The notes under the pieces were generated by a model. That model was not told the DNA's origin. It searched no databases and saw only the letters and a program-made list of their open reading frames with translations. A DNA stretch of 29,056 nucleotides, from positions 1 through 29,056 of the forward strand of contig NW_021832358.1 of the NCBI RefSeq assembly GCF_006345805.1. The letters are read 5' to 3'. This DNA is from Octopus sinensis. Taxonomy: Eukaryota. Made by a program: the position numbers and the translations under genes. How positions within the stretch are numbered: the first letter of the stretch is position 1; each line of letters opens with the position of its first letter. Below, in pieces: positions 11,211 through 23,124 of the stretch.

Positions 11211-12318
11211 CTTATCTTTCCCAAGGCAAACGGCCTGGCGGAAAGTAACCAAGCCAGGCGGTCTTGTTCCAGAAGCGGCTGTAACATGGAAAAGAAGTGT
11301 GCTGACCAGATCTTGTCCCGATCCCTCTATCTGGAGATCAAAAGGGAAAGGAGAGGTTGACGGCGGTCCAAAATTCAATTACCAGTTTTGTAGTTCTTCA
11401 TGTTCAGCCAGGAAACTGCTAGCGGCAAACCTATACAAGCTTCGGTTGTAATAAAATGTGGTAGATTCAACAACCAGTACTGCTTGGTTGGTTTCCTTTC
11501 TGGCGGCATTCACCGATACTCCAATCGACAGCCAGTCATTCAGAATAAAACGTGATAAATAACTAATTTGTTATGCGTTCTAAAATCAATTCTTATCAAA
11601 AACTTAAGAAAAATCCTTCTGATACTCATTTTGTCAAATCAGAGAAATATTTAAATGCCAGATCCTTTTATTCAGTCACAAATAGTGAACAAGAAGCAAG
11701 GCTGGCAGAAAAAGTAAAAGACTAACAAAAATAGTGAATTCTGCAATAATCCCTTCAAAAATAAAATCTGCAAAGAGGTATTGCATGTTTAATCAATTTT
11801 AAGACAAAACCTGATTTCAATATTCCTGACGAAGACGAAAGTGGCGAAATGCGTATATCTCTGCCCTAAATCGTGCTCTTCCAGTCTAACATAAACGATT
11901 TTAGACAAAAAGTCCTCAAAATGACAAATTTTTGTAAATAAACTCAAAACGTGATCGACTCGAGCAAATAATTTGCAAATCAACGCTGAATAACGTTTAG
12001 TGATCGACTCGAGCAATATTGGAAGATTTCAAGTCTAAAAGAGACAAATGAACGGCCAAAGAGCGGATTTCCTGGAAGAATTTAACCTGAAATTGAAATA
12101 AGTCGGCTTCAAAAGTGAGTTCAACCATCACCTAAATTTTAAATAAAAAACGAATTTTTGTCACAGAACAGCGGACTATGACACTTTGTTCAAAAATATA
12201 AATCTTTGCCTTAAAAAACTGTCCGTTTCCGTTGTTATTGGTAGGTGATTGGTTCATCCAAAATAATGCCAAGAATGATAAGATTGACAAATTGTATTAT
12301 GAATTTCAAGAAGCACTA

Positions 12319-12846
12319 TACCATTTCCAATACTAAATGGGATTAACACCTAACTAAGTGGGATTAGCAGGAAACTAAGTAAGATTAACTTCAAGCTAAG
12401 TAAATATTTCGAGAACAACAGCATATCGTTGAATAAGGGATGGAGTTAAACTCGACACGAGAGGTGGAAATTATAGAAAAAAGTTTGACAAAGAACATGT
12501 CGATTTTTTATATCATGCATTGAAGACAATAGCAAAATTACACTTCATCGAATAAAACGAAAATTTGAATTAATTTTTTCGAAATTATCAAAATCAAGTA
12601 TCGCTCAACATCTTGATCTAAGTTTGTATACATTAAAGAAATTGAGATTCGAGCCTAAAAAAGCTAATTTTGAAATTAAAAAATCCACAGAAAGGAATTT
12701 GTTAAAAATGTTAAAAATTTCAATCGGAAAACAGACCATTTTGCTTTTTTGGTGTTAATCCCATTTAGTTTGCTATTGATCCCATATTGTTTGGTATTAA
12801 TCCCACTTAGTTTGGTGTTAATCCCAATTTAGTTTGGGAAATGGCA
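12319..12846 (+). mobile_element. Non-autonomous IS630/Tc1/mariner element (528 bp) with repeat-built TIRs
   Basis: TA at 12317-12318 and 12847-12848. Imperfect TIRs of about 50 bp, TRCCATTTCC..ACTAAATGGGATTAACACCWAACTAAGTGGGATTA. Internal transposase N-terminus RGGNYRKKFDKEHVDF..IEDNSKITL..SKSSIAQHLD..LYTLKKLRFEP. No DDE domain. Confidence 0.85.
12751..12835. repeat. Four tandem ~21-bp subterminal repeats (GGTGTTAATCCCAYTTAGTTT), mirrored by 3-4 inverted copies at 12329-12400
   Basis: Units start at 12751, 12772, 12793 and 12814; read directly from the sequence. Confidence 0.9.
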
Positions 12847-12899
12847 TAGAACTGATACCCAAAAAGACATAGTCTAAATAATGGGGGATTTAACTCAAA

Positions 12900-13851
12900 A
12901 GTAGGTGATTAGCCACATGCGGATATTGCAGGAAGATTGAAGGATTTGAACCGAAAGATGCCTGATGAATTGTGGAACGATATCCCGCTTGTTGTCAGGA
13001 GTGCTCCGATAAAACATTTTAAATACAAACATTGCTGAGACTCGTAAAACTGCTAAAACCTCTGCTAAAATATGCGGAAGAATAAAACTCAAATCTAAAT
13101 TCAAGTCTCCCTGGAGAGATAAAGAAGACTACTAGCATGAGACGAATTAAGGAATATTTTTTTAATGATTGGTCCCCATTCATTTCACAGACTGATAATG
13201 GGAAAGTATTTAAGAAAAAATGTTTGGAATCAATGTGTAGTGATATCAAAATCATAAGTGGACTCCCTAAAGCACCATGGATTTAGGGGCAAGTTATTTG
13301 TAAATTTATCTTTAGATTCAATCAATCGATCAAAAGGTGGATTAGCTCCACTAGTGCATCAAATGGGTCTTTTGGAAGCTACAGAGATTTTTATCAAAAA
13401 ATCATTCATAAATATAACACGCCAAAGCATAAAACGACCAAAATGACACGTTTTGAAATTTTTATGCGGAGAAATAATCTAATCCCGAAGGAAATAAGAT
13501 CAGCGTTATTACTATTCCATGGAAATGAAGTAGGGGAATTCGATCCGATTATTTCGAAAAGAATGACGATCGTTTGAATCAACAAAGTGTGTATGAAAGC
13601 CATGTTTTCGCCGGAGAAAAAAATGAAAAGGAGGCTGAAATGTAAATTGGATGAAAGCTTAGAAGTAGGAGATAATGTACTATTCAGACATGATATTGAT
13701 GAAAATCCGAATAATTAAAAATACCCGTTGTATGGTCAAATCGAATCAACTATATACTAATATCCCAAGTGGCTAAGGATACGTGCGAGCTTAAAGATAT
13801 GAATTACGATTTAGTTAAAAATGTACATAGAAATCGTTTGAAAACAATATG
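12900..13851 (+). mobile_element. Decayed retroviral-type integrase (Ginger/KRBA2-like DNA transposon)
   Basis: Zn-binding remnant CCQEC; IFLMIGP..QTDNGKVF; IISGLPKAPWI*GQV; RFNQSIKRW; YNTPKHKTTKMTRFEIF; LEVGDNVLF; VHRNRLKTI*. Many stops and frameshifts. No termini or LTRs seen. Confidence 0.7.
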
Positions 13852-15425
13852 ATTTTTAGAAAAAAATTTAGATAATAAAATTTTTTGAATTTCTACATTT
13901 TTTAAACGGAGAACCTGAATTTTTCTTCCCTCACACGTGGGATGAAAGGCAACCACCTTTCCGGCCAGTCCTGTCGTAATTATGACCATGTGGTCTTTTT
14001 AACATCCATCCGAGACCTTGCCGTTGCCTTGATGTAGTCATCCATGAAGATAACCATAATAAATGACTTTGGAGAAGGATTAAACCTGCAGTCCCTCACA
14101 CTGGACAACCTGACCACATTTTAGAAAAGAACCAACGCTGTCGTCAAGTACAGCAAAAATCAATACTGAAATGGCTCGTTTGTTTGCCACAGGTGACTCC
14201 TCTATAGGATTTAGAATAGGTTTATTATGAGAATTGGAAGCAGGATGATGAGTATTAGCTATTTCTGACATTCAGGTTAAGAACAAGACAGTTGAATAAC
14301 ACAATGACTATGGAATCTTAATTGATTAGCAACAAATAGTTAAGAGCTATTCTAACCAAACATTTTCGTTTTCTGACAGGTAAAAAACTGTGGATGTTTT
14401 GTGTGTTTGTACAGAGAGAATCTGACAGGCTAACAAATTCTTCGGATTAAATGAAAAATTATATTAAAAGTCTAAAGTTGTCAACAATGATAACATCAGG
14501 GAACTCTCAAGCTTGCCATATCTCCTGCCGAGTATTCACTACTCCTGAATTGTCAGCCAACTTTGTGTTCGTTGAAAGATTTTTCTCTGCGATAAAAAGT
14601 TTTTTAAGATCCAACAAAAATTCAGAAAATTATGTAATTTGTGTTTGTAACAAAAAGTTTTAGTGCTTTTATTGTTTAGTTTAAGTTAAATAGTTGGGTT
14701 AATTTTTTTATATCTCAACGAAAACGAACTACACGAATAAGTCATCAAATATTCTCGCAGTAGGTTTGGTTATATAAACAGAAAACTCTTTCAAATTAAC
14801 GTTTTATCTTGGGACTTTGTTTAGATAAATAAATATTGAAATTACTCGGCAACATTAAGAACCGAGAAAGCAAATAGCTTACTTACAAGAAATTAGAATT
14901 CCATCTTATCCTCTGCTACTAATTAAATACGTGTTCCTGTTAGATAATAGAAATTAACTGCCCTGATTATTTATTCTAATATTTCCTTGTTCCATTTTTA
15001 TCTCTAATTAGTGTCATTTGTTTCATTCAGTAGTCAGTTCATTTCCTAAAGCTACATGTAGAGTACAAGGCTTTGGATTACTGCAAAATAACTTGTTTGT
15101 GAATCTTAATGCCTTTCTCTAAATAGTCGACGTCTGTCCAACCTGTGAATCTATTTTATCTATTCTACAAATGGTTTCTCCGTACCTTATGAATACTACA
15201 CTATCTAATTTCCTATGTTGGTAATTCATTATTCGATTACATAACAGTTTATATAATTAAAAATAGTCCAATACTTTTCAAACAAATACCAAATTATTTA
15301 AGTGTTATCTTTCACCACAAATGTCGAGCCCATTTTATTACCCAATTCTATTATTCGCAATTTATTTGTTTTGAGCTATTTTAGTAAGAAACATTTAAAA
15401 AAAGGAAAAATAAGAACTAAAAAAA

Positions 15426-15800
15426 CTACCAATCATTATCGTTTCCAAGTTTTTTGTCCAAATCTTCACACAAATATTCACTTTTCTTGCCTATACGAAG
15501 TAAAATAAGCAAAGAACAGTTTTCTGTGTGCTTCAAAAACTGAATCCTATCCGGACAGGTAGCCATATGTTCTTCCTTCTCTGAGATGGGAAGCACGTGG
15601 GTGTTGTTGTAGGCACATATAAAGTGGTCTGTTTTTTGTTTTTTGAGGGTAAGTGGATTCTAGTCTGATTTATAACGTAATACTTTCCGGCAGGCGAGGA
15701 TGTGTCTACCTAGATTTTTTCTGCAAACCTTGTGGTCTTTGTCATAGGGACATTCCACTAATTCAAGAGGATCTTCGTCAGAGAATGTTTCGGAATTCAT
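15426..15800 (-). CDS. GTSF1: Gametocyte-specific factor 1 / Asterix-like tandem CHHC zinc-finger protein
   Basis: Removing the 24-nt intron 15660-15683 gives CPYDKDHKVCRKNLGRHILAC and CAYNNTHVLPISEKEEHMATC, two CHHC fingers, followed by an acidic tail ending DNDW. A 27-nt in-frame intron near 15491-15517 and the exact stop are uncertain. Confidence 0.88.
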
Positions 15801-16009
15801 ATCACTAAAGACTATAATGTTCAAATTGAATAATTTGTTTATTCTAATGGGTATTCCAAGTAATTCAAACAAAATTAAATAAATTTAGACAAACTATATA
15901 ATTATTAATATAAAATAAACTTTTAACAAATTTTAAAACTATTTTTAACCGAAAATCTCTCTCCCATTTTGGACTGTACATCCATAAGGAAAAACCCGCT
16001 GAAAAACTC

Positions 16010-16436
16010 GACTCGGCGGGATTTCCTTCGGTTCTCGAACCACCGGGTCTTGACCGGGGTGACGGGATACGTCCTGACGGGATGACCCTTTTCCCTTTTG
16101 AGGGTGGAAAAGGCCTCGTATGGGACGCAACCTTTTTCTGCTTCACATCTAACCTCGTGTGCTCTGGAGGCTAAATCAGCTGCTAAGAAGGCTGAAGATA
16201 TAAAGCTTTCCAAATATTCTGCCCTTTCAGAAAAGTTTTTCGTAATTCCGATAGCAGTGGAGACGTCGGGTGCTCTTGGTCTGAAGACGGAAAAGTTCCT
16301 CCGCAAGCTCGGAGTCAAAATCTCAATGCGTACTCTTCGGGAGCTGGACTGGCTATTGCAACGGTTCTCGATCGCCGTTATCCGGGGGAACAGTTTGGCG
16401 ATCCGCCAGGCCTTCCCTTCGATTAATCGATATTAA
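16010..16436 (+). mobile_element. 3' fragment of a CRE-like non-LTR retrotransposon (RLE endonuclease only)
   Basis: [60 protein letters not shown], with small deletions and a frameshift. Confidence 0.85.
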
Positions 16437-16707
16437 TTTATTATAATATTTTCGGAATCATCATAACTTTATTCCATGTTAAGAATAAATTTGAGTAATA
16501 TTTTGTAAATTTAGAAGAAACAGCATATCAGTACAGTCAGTCACTGACTGAATTAGTGTTGCTGGGAAGACTAGCTGCCCCACTTAATTTATTTTGACTG
16601 TCACTAATACAAAATATTAATCTGCTTTATCACTTTGCTCATTTATTCTTAATTTTGTTATATTTTCGATCATTTAAAATAAAATAATATTTTAAATAAT
16701 TAGTAGC

Positions 16708-17029
16708 ATGTCAGACCAATTGCAGCAAGTGGTGTTTAATTTCTAATTAAATAGAATTTTGAGGAAAAGGCCGAAGCTGTGAAGAACCTGGCTAAAAGAC
16801 CCACAGACAGCGAATTGAAGGAACTCTACGGACTGTACAAACAGGCCATTGTGGGGAACTGCAATACAGGTGTGCCACTATGGCTATTTCAGAGTGCCCC
16901 AGTGTTCTCCACTACAGAGAACGTGCCAAATGGAATGCCTGGAATTCCAACATGGACCTCACTCAGGAGGAGGCCATGAGGAGATATATAACCCTCGTCG
17001 ACTCTCTTCTACATAATTCTGGTTTATAA
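16708..17029 (+). CDS. ACBP: Acyl-CoA-binding protein, 90 aa
   Basis: Introns 16729-16754 (26 nt) and 16870-16892 (23 nt) give MSDQLQQNFEEKAEAVKNLAKRPTDSELKELYGLYKQAIVGNCNTECPSVLHYRERAKWNAWNSNMDLTQEEAMRRYITLVDSLLHNSGL*, with the LYGLYKQA and AKW.AW motifs. Confidence 0.96.
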
Positions 17030-17268
17030 TTACTCAAATTAATTGCTTAATAATTACTAAAAGACTCACCTCTAAAGTTCATTTTTATTAAAACATGTTA
17101 TTTGGTCGTTTAGTTATTTATTTCACCACAAGAACTAATTTGGAAACTTTTATTTGAAATTTAAATAATGGAGGGAAAATATTGGCATTTCTGGTGGTGA
17201 TTTATTTTAAACTTATTAATGAAGAAATGACCCACTTATTTAAAAAGGACAGTTCAGAATATTACTAA

Positions 17269-17823
17269 TTAACCACTACAGGAAGTATTGTGTAGGAGCA
17301 TAGGCAGATGTATGTGGAAAGTGCGGATAACCTCACTTTGTGTGACATACCCGTCCTCTAAAGATCACTTTAATGCCAAACGATTGGTGTCCATCCTCTG
17401 GTGGCTTGTGACAAGTTCAGACTGACTGACTGCCTCATTTCCGTCTGAATTGAGGGAGGACACCTGCAGACACGCATAAAACTGAGGAATCCCAAAATTC
17501 TGGTAGCATTTTTCCAAATTTGTTGCCAGAGTTTGGTTATTTCCCACTAAAATGGTCAAACATGAATGAAATGCACAAGAAATTGGAATTTTAGTTATTT
17601 TTGAGCATTCAGTGAAGAATAATGAAATATATTCACCCAGTGATAGTTTTCCGTCGCAATTCTGATCTCCGAGGTTAAAAACTTGAATATTTTGAGGTCG
17701 GATTTTGATAAAATTCGATTTTATTTTTTCTACAAGACACACTGTGGATTTGCTGAATTTTATTTATAATAATTACAAATGTGAAATATTGAGAGAAAAT
17801 AAAACAAGTAATAAACAGATCAT
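17269..17823 (-). CDS. Secreted EF-hand calcium-binding protein
   Basis: Hydrophobic N-terminus MICLLLVLFSLNISHF. Introns 17753-17776 and 17358-17381 (24 nt each). EF loops DQNCDGKLSLGE and DTNQDGYVTQSE (the second is created by splicing), plus a degenerate NSDGNEAVSQSE. Further in-frame introns and the exact 3' end are uncertain. Confidence 0.75.
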
Positions 17824-18942
17824 TTTTATTTATTATTTAATATTACTTATTTATATTCAATGTGGCGAACCACATGTTTTAGTAATAAAATGCATCAGAC
17901 GACAATTTTGGGTCGATTAAGCAACATATGTAACCATGAATAGTTTTTCCCCGCGTTTAAACCACTTAAAAACTTAAGCGGTCTCATCTGTTTTTCTTTG
18001 ATCTGGACTAATATTCTTGTTCAAAGTCGTCTGTTTATTTTTTTAATATGTGCATGGGAAACTGGTTACATTTTTTGACCTTGTCAACGTCGAAATAAAA
18101 GCCTTTGATTATCGAAAATATTATTTTTATGCACCAATTATAAATTCTAGCAATTCCTTTATTTAAATTAGTTTTTGTCCATGTACCTAAATAATTTGAA
18201 AAGTTATTTGTTGGTAAACTGAAACCTCCTGCAAGATTTTAAGCGTAGTGGATTTGTTTATTGTATATGTTCTTCTGTTGACTTTTGAAAGATGCTTGGA
18301 AAATTAATTTCCAGAACATTTTTCTATGCAAACAAAATATAGATCTGTAAAAAATCGAGACTTTTACAATAATTCATGAAATTTACTCTAAATTTAGATT
18401 AATGCATAGATTGTGTGTCTAATCTAAAGATCAAAAGCTCGTCATTTCTTTGAAAAATGAAACTGAAATGAAGCATTTTCGGTTTTATTTTCTGTGTTTG
18501 TTAAAGCTATAACGAGCTTGTGAAGTCGAAAATTATTCCGCAGATATAGCTTTCCCCTAATAAAAATGAAATGTTCCGTTTTCTTTTTAGTCGGAATTTT
18601 TTAACTTTCTAAATATTCACGTCTTGCTCTTCAGGACGGATTTTACTAGACTGTACATTGCATCATCTTTAAAAAATAATGTCATTTTGGCCATTAGGCT
18701 AACATAATTATTTTTTTAACATAGAGGAGGCACGATGATTATTTGTTTTTTTACCATCTGAAAATTTGACTTCCAAGCGTTAATTGGACAAAATTGCAAC
18801 TATTTCGCAAGTAAAGTTAATTCAAGGGTTTTAATGATTTTGTCGTGAATTAAAACAATATACTTCCATGTTATTACACAACCACAATAATATATATTGC
18901 AAAAACAAACGCGATATAATTTGATAAAGATACTTTTTATAC

Positions 18943-19049
18943 TTAAAAATAACTATCACATCGAGACATTATTCTAAACAAGATTAATCAAGTCATTAAA
19001 AATAACTATCATATCAAGACATTATTCTGAACACATTAATCCAGCCATT
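18943..19049. repeat. Two-copy diverged 53-bp tandem repeat
   Basis: TTAAAAATAACTATCAYATCRAGACATTATTCTRAACA.. starts at 18943 and again at 18996. Confidence 0.85.
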
Positions 19050-19106
19050 CAATTTTAATCACGAGTTTTCAAAATTACATAAATAATTCAATTAAAGTTA
19101 ATTTAT

Positions 19107-19490
19107 ACTGGCCACGGCTTCCTAAAGTTAAATTTGTAGTTTCAAACCTCTGAAACTTTATAGCACTTTTTCCTGTAGAGCTGGATCGAATTATCCTTAC
19201 AGCAATATAAAGTTAACTTATTCGGATAATCGGATCTTTCCACAACTTCAAATACTCTTTTGATGTTTTCAACTTAAACATCTTGGTTCAAATCACCCAC
19301 AAAAACGGTGTTTGGATTAACAGAACTTGATTCGGACACACTGTTTGAAACAGATCCATCGTTCATAGTCTAGTAACAAGCTAGACGCGTAACTGATTTG
19401 GAGTGGGTTCTTTATGCTCTGATTTTTACTCTATTCATCCTGCTAATACTGGCCACGGCGTCCTAAAGTTACATTTGTTTTACAGTTTCT
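19107..19490. repeat. Dispersed direct repeat, about 30 bp, 340 bp apart
   Basis: TACTGGCCACGGC(T/G)TCCTAAAGTTA(A/C)ATTTGT at about 19107 and 19447. Confidence 0.8.
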
Positions 19491-21559
19491 CGTAAAAATA
19501 ACAAGATCCTCAAACCAAAGCAATTCTTTGATAAATGTTTGATTTTTCTTATTATAAAATTTTTTTTATACTTGTGGTTTTAAATACATCTGCTTCCTTA
19601 TTAAAGGCACAAGTTTCTTGTGACTTTCTTAAATAAAAAAGCAACTGTTTAAAGATTAAATAAGGAAATTAAATTGTGAAAGTGTTTGTGCTAACTTTAA
19701 ACGAGGAGACAAATAGCTAGTTTGAGGATATTCTTTTTGTAGAGAAGCCATCATGAGAAATAGAACTACTTTAAACAATGGGAATTCGAGTTACTGTATT
19801 CCGCCATGCTCGACAATCCATGTAAAGTATTTGTTAGACTACCGTCATTATTTGATGTTTACTAGCTCAACAAAATATGATTATTTGTTAAAAATGGTCT
19901 CTGCAAATAATAACAATTCCCTGTTGTCATTTAATGTGGTTTATTGGCTAGAATACATGCACAGCAGTTCTTGTTTTACCATATTGTATCTCTGAAACAT
20001 TTTTGTCAATAAAATTTAAGGTCAAAATAAATAAAACATTTTTTGTATTTCTTTAAGAACTGGTCATTGGGTAGAATTACAGTCCTTAGTTGACGGAAAA
20101 GATCATGATAGTCTGACATTTTAGTTTTTGTAATAACTCTAAATTGTATAATTCTCTTGGGCTTTTAATCCTTTATATTGATGATAAAAAAATCCTTCGA
20201 TCTAAAATCAGAAAGCATGAAACCGCAAAAGAAGAATCATTTGTTGTCCTATAGTTGGGTCAACTGTACCACATTCATTCAAATACTTCCCAAGATTTGA
20301 AATCAAGTGTGTTTAATAACTGCTTATATGGGCCGGGAAACTTCAGAATATACATCTTTGTACAGAAATGCACTAAAATCAGGAAAGGGTTACGGCTGGA
20401 AAGGTCGATTTGTGAATGAGAAAGGTAATCTGTGTAAAAAATGATATCCAATATAAAATCAAAATTTCAAAGACATTACACCTTTTCTCATTTGTAAGAA
20501 TGAGTGCAGGTGGATACTATCCGTGTTCACACAATGTTCCTTCATGCATATTTATCACGTCAGACGCTTACTGATGCGATTCAGAAAATATCGCACCTGT
20601 TTATCCATATTGATTCCTGGAGAGGTCTCATTCTTTAATTTGTGGTAACAGCCGACTCCTTCAATGAAGTGAAACATTTACAAAACAAAAGTAATGAACC
20701 TTGCCCAGTTGTCATGGAATGTGGTTTATTGACCAGAAAAACGACAAACCATCAAAATACCACGTACTACCACAATAGAGGCTACAAACCACATTTTTGA
20801 CTTCTTTAAGAACTGGTCATTATTTTATAATAACTTTATGTGAGGTGTGTCTATAAAGATTGTATATGTATATCTGATAGCGTAAGAAAATAAAAAATAG
20901 AAAAATCAAAAAACAGACTTTAACATGAATTGCAAATATGTCTTCAGTGGCGAAAAAGTCTGTTCCAGTCCTTTAAAGTACAAAATGTTCAAAGAATACG
21001 CCAAAATGTAGGCTACGTCACTAAAGATGTATCTTCAAATAACAAAATACGGAGAACCTTGTTCTCGTCCCGAATGGACAGGGAAAAAACAAAAATTTTT
21101 ATTCGTGAGATCTGGGACAGTCGTTTTTGTTTGTAAAAAGACTCAACTCGGCTTTTCCTATTATTTCTGACCGTTTTTTTTATAAAGACTTAGTTCAAAA
21201 TGGAAACAAAAACAAATCAGCTTAGAGTGTAATTATTGACAAATATATAAAATTTAGCCATAGGACAGAAAAACCAAAGCAGGTATCAAGTCGTTCATGA
21301 GCATGCAAGCAAAGAAAACATGAATGTTCTACGCCTTTCTGAAAAGAGAAGACAATTACTCATTGTGATTTATTACAATTAATCTAAAAAGCGGGCGTTA
21401 TTTAAAGAGTCGAATATAACAAATCAATTACTTTTTAACAGAGAAAAATGATTGCAAATGCAATATGGAAATGAGCTTAATTAAGTACCGGAATGAATAT
21501 TATTATTAGAATAAAGAATGTTAATATTTTTTTATTTCCTCATGCCTTAACATATGGCA

Positions 21560-22290
21560 TTGTCCGAATCGTATGAAAGACACTCATTGCATGCTTGGAT
21601 AAGTAATATTCATACCTGTTGCACCCACAGTAGTCACTGTAAATGTTCCGTACGTCAGATTCAACTCTGAATTATTACTAGGCTATGAAATAGATATGGA
21701 CCTACGGTAGAATTAAATTAGCAATCTCGCCTCCAAGTATTCTAAGCATATCATCAAATTAATACGATGCTGGTTGAGATTTACCAATTTGGAAGCACAT
21801 TATGGACTCTGAAATAGAAATTACGTTGTGAATGTTAATAAAAGGACGGTACGTTTTGTATCTCGGCAAATAACTAAATGTTTGTTATTCTTAATAATAC
21901 AGATATGACAAACTCGTACAAGTCAAGAATGCCGAACGACTGAAATATTTCAATTCCCTGCATCTTTGGAGATCGCTGTGATTAAAAATTAATTGAATTT
22001 AGTCAGTACACTGTAAATAATAATTTCATATCATGAAAAGTATCATTCATGATATACATCAAGGAACCAGAACAGCCTCTAAACAAATGAATTGAGAATA
22101 ATGACAGTCTTTCAAGTTTCGGGAAGATTCCAAAATTAGGTCTCTTAACAAATGAGACATTTTTAAATATCTCAATGTTTGTTACATTCAAATTAAATTC
22201 ATTGTTCAAAAAAATGCAATCTTCAAAGGAGCTATGAACATTTAAATTAAAAAAACATATAATTGTCGGCTGGCAATTCACAGATGTTTA
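21560..22290 (-). pseudogene. Possible decayed leucine-rich-repeat gene
   Basis: LRR-like strings FGIFPKLERLSLFSI, MNDTFHDMKLL and YLFHSL..ELNLTY lie in different frames. Confidence 0.3.
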
Positions 22291-22433
22291 ATGCAGTTTT
22301 AGACACTAGAAAAATTACCAATTCGATCATTTATGCTAAAATTATTCACAATTTATTAACTTATCTTGGTAAATATTATGTCTTTCATTTTAAAAACAGT
22401 AAATAAAACAGTTCATTTTAAAAACAGTAATAG

Positions 22434-22961
22434 AACGACGTGATCGTCAGAGCTCTGAAGGCTGCAGGCTTCCCAGCACAGCTTGAACCAGTGGGTCTCG
22501 ATCGAGGTGATGGAAAGAGACCTGACGGGATGACTCTTTTCCCTTTCAACTCCGGACGATCTTTGGTCTGGGACGCAACTTGCGTCGATACTTACTCAAG
22601 CACGAATCTCCTTAAATCGGTTCAGACACCTGGAGCAGCTGCCTCAATCGCGGAAAACCTTAAAACCAAAAAATATTCCTTCCTCGGGGACCGCTACAGA
22701 TTCACCCCTGTTGCGGCTGAGTCATCAGGAGCAGTTGGCCCAGCGACTGCCGAGTTCTTGCGCGAACTCGGAAGAATGCTCGCCACAAAGAAGAATGATC
22801 CTCGTGAAGGAGTATGGCTAAGACAAAGGATCGGAATAGCCATACTCCGAGGGAACTCGCTTTCCATACAGGCAGCGGGCTTCCTCAATTGATTTCTCAA
22901 ATCAATCTCTTCTCTTTCGATATAATAACTAACAAATTATATTTCTCAAAAAAAAAAAAAA
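22434..22961 (+). mobile_element. 5'-truncated CRE-like non-LTR retrotransposon: intact RLE endonuclease segment, short 3' UTR and A14 tail
   Basis: NDVIVRALKAAGFPAQLEPVGLDRGDGKRPDG..LVWDATCVDT..AENLKTKKY..PVAAESSG..LRQRIGIAILRGNS (ORF 22440-22892). Poly(A) at 22948-22961. Confidence 0.9.
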
Positions 22962-23124
22962 TTTGACAGTAAATAAATAAGTAAAAATATTTTATTATTC
23001 ACAGAAAGTTTGGAATATAAATTCGGATTACGAAATATGCCTATTTTCTGTAAAACATTTGACAAAGAACGAAAATCAGCAAAGTTTCGAGAATTGCTGA
23101 CAAATTCCAGAAACAATCTATATT

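Noticed and set aside
11573-11935. Possible CIB/calcineurin-B-like EF-hand gene (EFCNNPFKNKICKE, DEDESGEM) with tiny introns
   Set aside because: No splice path gives a continuous frame and the similarity is too short to support a call.
12319-12846. CRISPR-like array of 21-bp repeats
   Set aside because: The units are contiguous with no spacers and form the ends of a transposon in eukaryotic DNA.
13830-14271. Possible minus-strand gene with intron-like segments
   Set aside because: No consistent spliced frame or recognisable motif.
14540-14625. VERFFSAIKSFLRS, resembling a hAT dimerisation motif
   Set aside because: Single short motif with no supporting context.
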